Source: an uncultured Chloroflexia bacterium (GTDB lineage Bacteria; Chloroflexota; Limnocylindria; Limnocylindrales; CSP1-4). From it: 64,000 nt of DNA. Shown here in pieces: positions 19,289 through 29,306 of this stretch (within the stretch, counting starts at the first letter, position 1; every line of letters begins with the position of its first letter). Location of the stretch: assembly GCA_963817745.1 (NCBI GenBank), contig CAWFPC010000006.1, positions 197,286-261,285 on the forward strand, given 5' to 3'. The position numbers and the translations under genes are program-made. The notes under the pieces were generated by a model that saw nothing but the letters and a program-made list of their open reading frames with translations, ran no database searches and had not been told where the DNA came from.

Positions 19289-20307
19289 TGGCCGCGCGAC
19301 GGACGCCCGCGAAGGCGACGCGCCGCCGGCGCGCGATCCGCGAAGGCGGCGCCCGCAGCGAGCGGCGACGACGCGCGCGGTCGCGACGCGGAAGCCCGTC
19401 GGTGGCGGCAACGGCGCGTCCGCCGATCGGATCGAGGTCCGCAAGACGTACAAGCTGTACATCGGCGGGGCGTTCCCGCGCTCGGAGTCCGGCCGGTCGT
19501 ACGTCGTCCGTGGGGCCGATGGGACGCCGCTCGCGAACGCCTGCCGGGCCTCGCGCAAGGACGTGCGCGACGCGGTCCGCGCGGCGCGCAAGGCGGTCCC
19601 GGGCTGGGCGGCCAAGACCGCGATGAACCGGGGCCAGGTCCTGTACCGGGTCGCGGAGCTCATGGAGGGTCGGCGCGACCAGTTCGTCGCCGAGGTCGCC
19701 GCCGCGGAGGGCTTGCGTGGAGCTCGCGCCGCCGAGGTCGTCGACCGCGCCATCGACCGCTGGGTCTGGTACGCGGGCTGGGCCGACAAGATCGCCCAGA
19801 TCCTGGGCAGCAGCAACCCGGTGGCGGCGCCGTACTTCAACTTCACGATCCCCGAGCCGACCGGTGTCGTCGGCGTCGTGGCGCCGGAGACGTCGTCGTT
19901 GCTCGGGCTCGTCAGCCGGCTCGCGCCGCCGCTCGTCAGCGGCAACACGGTCGTGCTCCTGACCTCCGAGACACGGCCGCTCCCGGCCGTCACCCTGACC
20001 GAGGTCCTCGCGACATCGGATGTGCCCGGTGGCGTCGTCAACGTCCTGACCGGCCTCAAGCCGGAGCTCGTCCCGGTGCTGGCCGGCCCATGTCGATGTC
20101 GACGCCGTCGACACGTGGGGCGTCCCCGACGCGATGCGCATCGAGACCGAGCTGCTCGTCGCCGACGACATCAAGCGGCTGGCACGCCGGCCGACCACGG
20201 TGTCGGACGCCCGCTTCGACTGGCTCGACGACCGCGCCGCCGAACGACCCGAATGGATCGCCGCCTTCCTCGAGATGAAGACGGTCTGGCACCCGATCGG
20301 CCTCTGA
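19266..20307 (+). CDS. Truncated aldehyde-dehydrogenase-like protein (NAD-binding half only), partner of the preceding ALDH
   Basis: Reads YKLYIGGAFPRSESG..AVPGWAAKTAMNRGQVLYRVAELME..GVVGVVAPE..GNTVVLLTSE..VPGGVVNVLTG. The ELGGK/catalytic-Cys half is absent. Basic N-terminus. Alternative ATG at 19288 (TGATG overlap) in another frame. A frame change at ~20080 is needed to reach stop 20305-20307. Confidence 0.7.
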
Positions 20308-20309
20308 CG

Positions 20310-20825
20310 ATGGCGGTCCGTCCCGATCCCGAAGTCGGCTATCGGCGTCCCGGTGACCATCGCCGGGTCGATGGCCTCGTCGAACGGCGCGTCTTCATCC
20401 AGGCGTCCCCGCGGACGGTGTGGACGACGCTGCACGACCCGACCGCGACCTCCGTGCTGTACCCCGAGCTGCGGCTCGGCCCGGCCTCGCCGTCGTGGCC
20501 GGCGGCGGCGACGACGCGCCGCGCCAGCACCCGGCTGGGGCTCCTGCGCGAGGAAGCCAGGGTCGAGAGCCTGGAGGCCCGACCCGAGTCGGTGTTCCGC
20601 CTGCGCGTGACCGCGTCCGGGTTCGCGAGCGAGTGGACGTGGCGGCTGGAAGCGGTCGCCGGCGGGACCCGGGTGGTCCACGGCGCGACGTTCGAGCCCG
20701 TCGATCGCTGGACCGTGATCCTGGTCCGCCTCGGACGGCGATCGCTCGAGGCACGCGTCGAGGCGCATCTGCGCGCGCTCAAGGAGCGTGCCGAGATGGC
20801 CGAACGGTCGTCGCCCGCCGCCTGA
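20310..20825 (+). CDS. SRPBCC-family protein
   Basis: ATG lies 2 nt after the upstream stop. 171 aa, intact: VERRVFIQASPRTVWTTLHDP..WTWRLEAVAGGTRVVHGATFEP. Fold assigned by pattern. Confidence 0.6.
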   Translation: MAVRPDPEVGYRRPGDHRRVDGLVERRVFIQASPRTVWTTLHDPTATSVLYPELRLGPASPSWPAAATTRRASTRLGLLREEARVESLEARPESVFRLRVTASGFASEWTWRLEAVAGGTRVVHGATFEPVDRWTVILVRLGRRSLEARVEAHLRALKERAEMAERSSPAA

Positions 20826-20914
20826 CCGGGAGCGCCCGCCGTCGCGCCGCGCCGCCGCGCCACGTCGAGCCACGCGCGCATCGAACCCGCACCGCGCCGA
20901 TCCCGGGCCAGTCT

Positions 20915-20952
20915 GTTCAGACTTGACTGAAACTTCTGAACCGGCGTAGCAT
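20915..20952 (+). promoter_or_regulatory. Putative autoregulated leaderless promoter with inverted repeat
   Basis: Inverted repeat GTTCAGA (20915-20921) / TCTGAAC (20935-20941) flanks TTGACT (20923-20928). After an 18-nt spacer comes TAGCAT (20947-20952), then 6 nt to ATG 20959. Confidence 0.5.
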
Positions 20953-20958
20953 CCGACC

Positions 20959-21474
20959 ATGACGGAAGGAGAGAGCGCGTTCGTCGAGGAGATGGGCCAG
21001 GCCCTCGCCAGCTACGGGATGACCCCGATGGCCGGGCGGATGTGGGGCTGGCTGCTCATCTGCGACCCGCCGGAGCAGACCGCGGCCGACCTGGCCGAGG
21101 CGCTCCACGCCAGCCGCGGCTCGATCAGTGGCACGGCCCGCATCCTGGCCTCGGCCGGGATGATCCGCCGCACGACCAAGCGGGGCGATCGACGCGAGTA
21201 CTTCAGCGTCGCCCCCGAGACGTTCGAGCAGTTCCTCGGCAGCGCCGGCCGGATCTACCGCTACTTCCGCGAGATCGCGGAGCGCGGCCTCATCGCCATC
21301 GATGACCGCCCGGACGCCAGCAAGGCGCGTCTCCAGGAATTCCGTGACGTCTTCGACTTCGTGGAGCGCGAGGTCCCGCTGATCGTGGACCGCTTCCTCC
21401 GCGAGGCACGACCGGCAGCAGGCCGGCAGGAAGGATCCATCATGACCCCGGTCATCCATACCGAACGAGGCTGA
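20959..21474 (+). CDS. GbsR/MarR-like winged-helix transcriptional regulator
   Basis: Reads MAGRMWGWLLICDPPEQTAADLAEALHASRGSISGTARILASAGMIRR..REYF. The ORF runs in-frame into the ABC ATPase start, so the genuine stop is probably near ~21445 and lost to a frame error. Confidence 0.7.
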   Translation: MTEGESAFVEEMGQALASYGMTPMAGRMWGWLLICDPPEQTAADLAEALHASRGSISGTARILASAGMIRRTTKRGDRREYFSVAPETFEQFLGSAGRIYRYFREIAERGLIAIDDRPDASKARLQEFRDVFDFVEREVPLIVDRFLREARPAAGRQEGSIMTPVIHTERG

Positions 21475-22351
21475 CCAAGACCTACGGCGCCCACCGCGGC
21501 ATCATCGACGTCGACCTCGACATCGAGCGAAGGGCGAGGCCTTCGGCTTCCTCGGCCCGAACGGCGCCGGCAAGACGACGACGATCCGGACGATCCTCGA
21601 CCACCTCCGCCCGACCTCCGGCCGCGCCTTCGTCTTCGGCATCGAGACGACCGTCGACCCGGTCGCCATCCACCGCCGGATCGGCTACCTGCCCGGCGAG
21701 TTCACGCTCTACGACAAGCTGACCGGCGGCCAGACGATCGAGTACTTCGCGAACCTGCGGGGCGGGGTCGACCCGCTCTACCAGCAGGACCTCGTGGCCC
21801 GTCTCGACGTCGACCCGACGCGGCGGTTCAAGGAGTACTCGAAGGGCAACAAGCAGAAGATCGGCCTGATCGTCGCGCTGCAGCACCGCCCGGACCTGCT
21901 GATCCTCGACGAGCCGACCTCGGGCCTGGATCCGCTCGTCCAGCAGACGTTCTACGAGATCATCCGCGAGGCCAAGGCGGAGGGCCGGACGATCTTCCTG
22001 TCGAGCCACATCCTCGGCGAGGTCGAGAAGACCTGCGATCGCGTGGCGATCATCCGCGAGGGCCGGCTCGTCAAGGTCGACCGCGTCGAGGCGCTCCGTG
22101 ACCTCGCCCACCACCAGGTCGAGCTGCGGTTCACCGGTGAGGTGCCGACCGCGGCGTTCGCCGCCATCGACGGGGTCAGCGACGTCTCGACCGAGGACCA
22201 CCTCCTGCGGCTGCGCGTCGCCGGCTCGATCACGCCGGTCGTCCGCGAGGCCGCGAAGTACGAGCTCCTCGACTTCGTGAGCCGCGAGCCGTCCCTCGAG
22301 GAGACGTTCCTCGCCCAGTACAGCAGCGAGGCGGCGGGGGTCGCGTCATGA
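21442..22351 (+). CDS. ABC transporter ATP-binding protein (ABC-2 type exporter)
   Basis: Walker A GPNGAGKTT, signature YSKGNKQK, Walker B LLILDEPTSGLD, H-loop SSHIL. Frame changes at ~21465 and ~21530; the latter sits at gagcgaaggg, where a missing base in an A run would restore the frame. Confidence 0.85.
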
Positions 22352-24026
22352 GCGCCGCCGCGGGTCACGCACCGCGAACCGCGTCGTTCGGCCGACGGAT
22401 CTACGGGTTCGGCAGCGTCTTCGGCAAGACGCTGCGCGACTCCCGACGGGCGATCCTGCTGGTCGGCGGCGTGCTCGCGCTCATCCTCGTCGGGGTGAGC
22501 CAGGCGATCGTCTCCGAGTTCTCGACGCCCGAGTCGCGCGAGGAGATCGTCGACCTCGTCAACGCCGTCCCGCCGGTGCTCCAGGGCCTCGCCGGCCCGG
22601 TCGTCAACGTCGGCACGCTCGGCGGCTACCTGTCGTACAAGTACGGCACGTTCTTCCCGCTCGTTGCCAGCCTGTGGTCCATCCTCGCGCTGTCCGGCAC
22701 GCTCGCCGTGGAAGCGCGGCGCGGCAGCCTCGAGTTCGTCGTGGCGTCGCCGATGTCGCGCCGTCGCGTCGCCATCGAGAAGCTGGCGGGCCACCTGGTG
22801 GCGCTCGCCGTGGCGACGCTGCTCGTCTTCCTGGCGGTCGTCGTCGCCGGTCGCGCCGGTACGTTGCCGGGCGACGAGATCTCGCCGCTCGCCGCGGCGG
22901 GCTATGCGCTGTGGCTCGGATCGCTGGCCCTGGTCGGCCGGCGCGCTGGCCTTCGCCCTGTCCCAGTTCATCGGCCGCGGCTCCGCCATCGGCATCGCCG
23001 GGGCGGTCATGTTCGCCGGGTTCATCCTCAATGGCTACCGCAACGCGATCCCGGCCCTCGCGCCGTTCGCGGACCTGACCTGGTGGGGCTGGACCGCGGC
23101 CCATATCCCGCTGGCCGGCCAGTTCGACTGGGCGTCGGTCGCGATCGTCGCGCTCCTCGCGGTCGCGCTCCTGGTCGTCGGCATCGAGGCGTTCGTCCGT
23201 CGCGACATCGGCGCGACGACCGCCGTGCCATCGCCGAGCCTCCCACGGGCGCTCGTCGGCCTGCGTGGCCCGACGGACCGCACGTTCGGATCGCTCCTGC
23301 CGACCACGCTGTCGTGGGGCCTCGGGCTGGGCCTGTTCGGATTGCTGATCGCCGGATCCGGCGAGGCGTTCGTCGTCGCAGCTCGGCGAGTCGCCCGAGT
23401 TCGCCGAGCTCCTGGGATCGATCTTCCCGGGCATCGATATCGCCGCCGTCGGCGGCTTCCTCCAGCTCGTCTTCATCGAGTTCGGGCTCGTGCTCGTCGG
23501 GCTCGCCGCGGCGACGCTCGTCGGCCTGTGGGCGTCGGACGAGACGTCGGGGCGCCTCGAGTTCCTGCTCGCGACGCCGTTGTCGCGGCGACGTTGGGTG
23601 ACCGGAGGCGGCATCGGCGTCCTCGCCTCGATCGGCGTCATCGTGCTCGTCGCGGCCATCGGCATCGCGATCGGTGCGACGATCACCGGCGGCGACATCG
23701 TCACGCCGGTGGCCGGCACGCTCGTGCTCGGCCTGTACGCGATCGCGCTGGCCGGGATCGGCATCGCGATCGGTGGCGTCTTCGGGACCCGGGCCGCGGG
23801 GCCCGGCGTCGCGATCCTCGTCGATCGTCATCTGGTTCGCGGACATCCTCGGGCCCGGCGCTCGGGCTGCCCGAGGTCGTCCACCAGCTCGCGCTGACCT
23901 CGCACTACGGCTTCCCGATGCTCGGGCAGTGGGATCCGGCCGGGATCGTCGCGTCGATCGGCCTGGCCGATCGTCGGCATCGCGGTCGGCGCCTGGGGCT
24001 TCCAGCGGCGCGATATCGGCGGCTGA
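22348..24026 (+). CDS. ABC-2 type transporter permease (large, ~12 TM)
   Basis: ATGA overlap with the ATPase stop. Hydrophobic throughout, with two repeated halves each containing RRGSLEF / SGRLEFLLATP. Needs about 4 frame changes (~22930, ~23385, ~23830, ~23960). Confidence 0.75.
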
Positions 24027-24035
24027 TCGTCCGAC

Positions 24036-24051
24036 CGCCCCGCGAGGGGCG
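24036..24051 (+). terminator. Small GC hairpin after the ABC operon
   Basis: CGCCCC-GCGA-GGGGCG: a 6-bp stem with a GNRA-type tetraloop, 10 nt after stop 24026. No U-tract. Confidence 0.3.
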
Positions 24052-24086
24052 AGCGGCGGAGGGACCGGGACCGCTACCGTCCGGGC

Positions 24087-24971
24087 GTGGACCCGATCGT
24101 CATCGCGCTCGTCCTGGTGTCGGCGCTGCTCCACGTCGCGTGGAACGTGCGCCTCAAGACGGCCGGGGATCCGCTTCGGACGGCGACCATCGGGATGGTC
24201 GCGGCGGCCGTCGTCATCGTCCCGGCTGGCGTCGCCTGGTGGTGGCTGACCGGGAGGCGGCCGCTGCCCGTGGAGGGCGTCGCCCTCGCGCGTCGTGTCC
24301 GGCGTCGTCGAGGCCGGCTATTTCGTGCTCCTGTCGGCGGCGTATCGCCGCGGCGACCTGTCGGTCGTGTACCCGATCGCGCGCGGGACGGCGCCGCTGC
24401 TGGCGGTCGCGATCGGGGTCGGCCTGCTCGGGGAGCGGCTGGGCTCGCCGGCTCGCTGGGCGTGGCGCTGCTCCTGACCGGGTTCCTGTGGCTGCAGCGT
24501 CCGTGGCGGGCACTCCGCGGCGAGCGGGCCCGACCCGACGCGGCGCTGCTGTTCGCCCTGGCGACCGGGATCACGATCGCCGCCTACTCGGCGATCGATC
24601 GCGTCGGGACGCGGCTGATCGAGCCCGGTGCCCTATGCAGCGATCCTGTGGCTCGTCGCGTCGGTCGGTGCTCGTGCTGTGGGTCGACGCTCGTCGCCGG
24701 CGGCGGGATCCGGCGCGAGGGACCCGAGGCGACGCGCCGCGCGGCGGTCGGCGGCTGGATCACGCTCGTGGCGTACCTGCTCATCCTCGTCGCCCTGAGC
24801 GTCGCGCCCCTGTCCGGCGTCGCGCCGTTGCGCGAATCGGCGACCGTCGCTGCGGCTGCATGGGGCGCGGTGCGCCTCGGCGAGGCGACGGATCGCCCGG
24901 ACACGATCCGGCGGGTGGGCGCATCCGTGCTCATCGTGGCCGGGGCGCTGCTCCTTGCGTGGGGCGGCTGA
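24087..24971 (+). CDS. EamA/DMT-family transporter
   Basis: GTG start. Ten hydrophobic segments. Motifs: YFVLLSAAYRRGDLSVVYPIARGTAPLL and LVAYLLILVALSVAPLSGVAPLRES. About 3-4 frame changes (~24290, ~24445, ~24635, ~24660). Confidence 0.7.
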   Translation: MDPIVIALVLVSALLHVAWNVRLKTAGDPLRTATIGMVAAAVVIVPAGVAWWWLTGRRPLPVEGVALARRVRRRRGRLFRAPVGGVSPRRPVGRVPDRARDGAAAGGRDRGRPARGAAGLAGSLGVALLLTGFLWLQRPWRALRGERARPDAALLFALATGITIAAYSAIDRVGTRLIEPGALCSDPVARRVGRCSCCGSTLVAGGGIRREGPEATRRAAVGGWITLVAYLLILVALSVAPLSGVAPLRESATVAAAAWGAVRLGEATDRPDTIRRVGASVLIVAGALLLAWGG

Positions 24972-25002
24972 CCGACCGGCTGGGCCGCGCCTTCCGGTTC
25001 CG

Positions 25003-25949
25003 TCAGTGCTGGGCGGCTCCCTCGACTTCGATCGGCGCGTCGACGCGCCGAACAACCGGCGACGCCCCCACGGCCCGTTGACCAGTGCGACCCCGCCGAT
25101 GATCAGCGCCGTCCCGAGCAGCAGCCGCGCATCGATCGGCTCCGAGAGGACGAGGAAGCCGAGCACGATGCCCCAGACCGGCAGGAGGTAGGCGACCAGC
25201 GCGGTGCGCGTCGCCCCCCAGTGCCCGAGCAGCCGGAAGTAGCCGAGGTAGGCGAGCCCGCTGCCGAAGATACCGAGCCAGATGACCGAGAACCAGGCCT
25301 CGAGGTCGGGCGTGGCGGTCTCCCACGGTCGCTCGAGGACGAGGGCGAGCGTGCCGACGATCACGAGCGCGAACGTGACCTGGAAGACCGCCGGGATGAG
25401 CGGTGGCAGTCCGCGCACGTTCTTCCGGTTGTACACGTTGCCGACGGCATACGCCAGCGACGAACCGATGAGGGCGATCGAGCCCACGAGATCGCCGCTT
25501 GCGTCGGCGAGTCCGGGTGACACGAGCACGATGACGCCGATGAACCCGACCGCCAGCCCGAGGACGCCGTTGATCCGGATCGGCTCCTCCGGCAGGAAGA
25601 GTGGCGCGATGACGATGACGAAGAGGGGGACCGTCGAGTTCAGGATCGCCGCCAGCGCGCTGTCGACCGACTGCTCGGCATACGTGATGAGCGAGAACGG
25701 CAGCACGATGTTGATGACCGCCATGACGATGAGGTGGCCATAGATCCGGCGGGTCCGGGGGATCGGGGTACGGCTCATCCGCAGGACGACCCACAGGAAC
25801 GCCGCACCGATGAGCAGCCGCAGGGCCACGAGGGTGAACGTCCCGAACGAGTCGACCGCGAGCTTGATGAAGAGGTACGACGACCCCCACATGAAGCCAA
25901 GGGCGGCGAAGATGAGCCAGTCGGATCGGGTCGCGCGGAGCGTGGACAT
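25003..25949 (-). CDS. EamA/DMT-family transporter
   Basis: ATG 25949 is preceded by TATCAT + 6 nt (leaderless-type). Two EamA repeats: FAALGFMWGSSYLFIKL and GLAYLGYFRLLGHWGATRTALVAYLLPV. The open frame continues to 24633 antisense to the neighbouring gene. A stop at 25003 is reached with one frame change near ~25060. Confidence 0.75.
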
Positions 25950-26041
25950 CGACCCATGATAGACCCGTTGGCCTACCACCCTATGTCAAGTTTGCGGGCC
26001 AGATCCGGACCGAATGATGGGGCCAGGCGCCCTCGCGTGGC

Positions 26042-26831
26042 CTAGCGCCAGCGGGTCAGGATCGCCTCGCGATCGAACAGGCGGACGCCGATCCGCAGGC
26101 CCGACGAGCGAGACCACGAGGACGATCAGGGCGAGGATCGTGTACCCGGCCGCGCCGACGAGCAGGGTGCCCGTCGCCTGGACCAGCACGAGCACGACGA
26201 TGGGCACGATGATCACGCCACCGATCTGCTGGGCGACGCGCGGATCGTTCACGCGGGCGCTGACGATCACGCCGGCGACCACCGACGAGAGCCCGACCGC
26301 CGGGCCGAGCAGGAAGACCCCGGCCAGCCACGACGCGTCGGTCACGACCCCGAACAGCGCCGGGCCGTAGACGATCGACGCCAGGGCGACGAACACGACG
26401 TACGTCGCCCAGCCGGCAAGGACGCCCGGGACGAGCGCCGCGACCGCCTTGCCGGCCAGCAGCTCGACCGTCCGGATCGGCGCGGCGAGGACCGGCTCCA
26501 GGGAGCGCGCCTGCTTCTCGCCGATGATCGAGAACGTCGCGATCGAGAGCGGGATGTAGGCCGGCATCAGCAGGAAGAACACGAGGAACTGCTGGACCGC
26601 GAAGGCGCCGGCGAGCTCGCCGGCCGTGAACGCCGCCCATTCCGGCTTCTGGGCGAGGATCTGGGCCGCGAGCTCGGGCGGCAGCTCCCGCTCGCCGACC
26701 AGCCCGGCCAGCATGATCGGGGCGATGGTCAGGAAGACCGGCGGGAGGAGGATGGTCGAGAGCGAGCAGGCGGTTGCCGAGGATCTCGATCCACTCGCGC
26801 CGCAGGATCGTCCAGACGATGGCGCGCGCAT
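26042..26831 (-). CDS. ABC-2 type transporter permease
   Basis: ATG 26831 lies 4 nt after the ATPase stop. Six TM helices. Contains IIGEKQARSLEPVLAAPI. Frame changes near ~26815, ~26760 and ~26090. Ends ..LFDREAILTRWR* at 26042. Confidence 0.75.
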
Positions 26832-26835
26832 CAGG

Positions 26836-27790
26836 TCACCTCGCCGCGGCTCCCGGGCGGACGCCCATGACATCGAAGTAGACCTGCTCGAGCGACGTCC
26901 GCTCGGTGCGGACCTCCACGATGTCCGCGCCGGCGGCGACCAGCGCACGGACCACGGCGGGCGCGATCGACTCGGGATCGGCGGTGGCCAGCCGCAGGGT
27001 GCGCCCGTCGCCTCGACGGTCGTCACGCCGGGGACGGTCCGCATGGCATCGATCGCCGCGGTCGGCGGGGCCGCCGCGAACCGGATCGCGAGGCCGCGGG
27101 TCCCGAGGGCGCCGCGCAGGCGGGCCGGGGAGTCGATCCGCAGGAGCCCGCCTCGGACGAACGCGACGCGATCGCACAGCCGGTCGGCCTCGTCGAGGTT
27201 GTGGGTCGCGAGCACGATCGTGCGCCCGGCCCGGCGCAGCGTCTCGATCGCCTCGCGGACGATGAACGCGGCCTCCGGGTCGAGCGCCGCGGTCGGCTCG
27301 TCGAGGAACACGACCGACGGGTCGTGGAGCAGGGCCGCGCGATCGCCAGCTTCTGCTTCATGCCCTTGCTGAACGTGCCGGCGACGTCGTCGCGGCGATC
27401 CCACAGGCCGAACAGGCGCAGGTAGCGCTCGATCCCGGCGGCGCGCGTCGCCGGATCCAGGCCGTACAGCCGCCCGAAGAAGTCGAGATTCGCGGTCGCG
27501 GACAGCTTGTCGTAGAGCCCCGGCGTCTCGGTCAGGATGCCGACCCGGGCGCGGACGGCGTCGGGCTCGGTCGATCACGTCGAAGCCATCGACCGATGCC
27601 GTCCCCTCGGTCGGCTCGATGAGCGCGGTGAGCATCCGCACGGTCGTCGTTTTGCCCGCGCCGTTCGGTCCGAGCAGGCCGACGACCTCGCCGCGACGCA
27701 CCTCCAGGTCGACGTCCGGACCGCCCAGCGATCGCCGAACCTGCGTCCGAGGCCGGCAGCGTGCATGGCGATCGTGTCGTGGGTGGTCAC
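26836..27790 (-). CDS. ABC transporter ATP-binding protein
   Basis: Walker A GPNGAGKTT, signature FSKGMKQKLA, Walker B VVFLDEPTAALD, H-loop ATHNL. At least 4 frame changes (~27720, ~27575, ~27350, ~27010). Confidence 0.8.
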
Positions 27791-27894
27791 GTCGCGGAGT
27801 GTGCCGGACTGCGGCGCGCGGCGCCGCGAGGACTCCGCGCCGAGCAGTCTGGCCGTCGTCCCTTGGCCTACCTCGATATGCCAACTTCGCTACG

Positions 27895-29168
27895 ATGCGC
27901 GGCGTGATCTCGCTGCGCCTGCTCGTCCTCGCCCTCGGCGTGGCGCTGGGCGTCCTGCACCCGTTCATCTCCGTGATCCTGGCCGATTTCGGGTTCGGGC
28001 CCGGCGAGATCGGGCTCATCTCGTCCCTCGGCGCGATCGCGTTCACCGTCGCCGTGCCGGCCTGGGGGCATCTCGCCGACGTGCGGCTGGGACGGTCACG
28101 GACGCTCCAGCTCTGCGCGATCGGCGGCGCCGTGGCCGTGCTCGCCTTGCTGTTGCCGTGGCCGGTCCCGATCGTCATCGCGGCCCTGTTCGTGGTGTTC
28201 TGGGTGTTCGAGTCGTCGTGGCAGCCACTCATCGATGCCATCACGGTCAATGCGGTCCGCGGCCGCGACTACGCCCGGGTCCGGCTACTGACGAGCCTGT
28301 CCTTCGCGGTCGCGACCATCGTCGCCGGCTTCGTCTACGACCGGACCGGCTACGCGCCGGCGTTCATCGGGCTGGCCATCGGCGCCGTTGCGATGACGCT
28401 CGCGGCGGCCCGCGTGCACGACGTCGGGCGGGCGGACCTGGCGGCCCACCGTGCGGCCGTTCCTGCGGTCCCGGGTGCGATCAAGGAGCGACGACCCACC
28501 ACGCGGGCAGGCCCTCCCGCGCGTCCACGCGACGCGGGTTCGGGATCGGTTCACTCGGGGTCGCACTCCAGGTCGCGCCGCGCCTCGGGCTCGTGCTCCT
28601 CGCGGTCGCAGCGCTGCACATCGGGATCATCTCCGGGTTCACGTTCCTCGGCCTGCGCCTCGTCGAGCTCGGCGGGTCGCCGTCGGACGTCGCGCTCTCC
28701 TCGGGCGTCTCGGCGGCCGCCGAGATCCCCGCGATGCTGCTGGCCGGCCAGGCGGCGCGTCGGTTGGGCCTGCGCTGGATCTTCGTCGGCAGCGCGCTGC
28801 TGTATGCCGTTTGCCTGGCATCGTGGACCGTCCTCGACAGTCCCGGGGCGATCATCGCCACCCGGGCGTTCACCGGCGTCGCCTTCGCGGGCGTCGTCGT
28901 GGGTACGGTGCTGACGATCGCCGCCCTGCTCCCGGCGGACCTCCAGGCGACGGGCCAGGCCCTGTTCCAGACGACCGCCTTCGGGATCGCGGCGATCATC
29001 GCGAACATCCTCGGTGGCCTGCTCTACGCCACGGTCGGGTTCGCGGCGGTGTTCGGGCTCGGGGCGGTCCTTGCCCTCGTCGCGGCCGTGATCGGATGGT
29101 TCGCGTTCCCCAGTCGCGGCCCGGACCGGGCAGCTCCGCCGCCGATCGCACCCGTGTCCGCCGCATGA
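27895..29168 (+). CDS. MFS transporter (MFS_1-like / LacY-NHS-like)
   Basis: 12 hydrophobic helices: LLVLALGVALGVLHPFISVILADFG..TAFGIAAIIANILGGLLY. A frame change at ~28480-28530 joins ORFs 27619..28914 and 27537..29168. Confidence 0.75.
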
Positions 29169-29306
29169 GGACGCGTCCTCGGCCCCGGCTGACGGCGCCG
29201 CGCGGCGCCGCGCGCGCTCCCCCGCCCCCCGCTGGTCGCCGTCCCGACCGCTAGCATGGACCGCACGCGCCCGGCGAACCGGGCATTGACCGAGGATGGG
29301 GTCGAG

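Noticed and set aside
17621-20059. Very long antisense ORFs, such as 17621..20059(-), 56..1576(-), 2247..4016(-), 19179..20960(-), 28551..30665(-) and 60237..62129(-)
   Set aside because: They lie opposite genes with clear family motifs and translate to Arg/Pro/Gly/Asp-rich low-information sequence. Such ORFs are an expected by-product of stop-codon scarcity in very GC-rich DNA.
25986-28250. A 754-aa ORF that looks like a giant fusion protein
   Set aside because: It is a run-on. It strings together frame-shifted pieces of an ABC ATPase and an ABC-2 permease, plus sequence antisense to the MFS gene. The two genes have their own start and stop (26836..27790 and 26042..26831).
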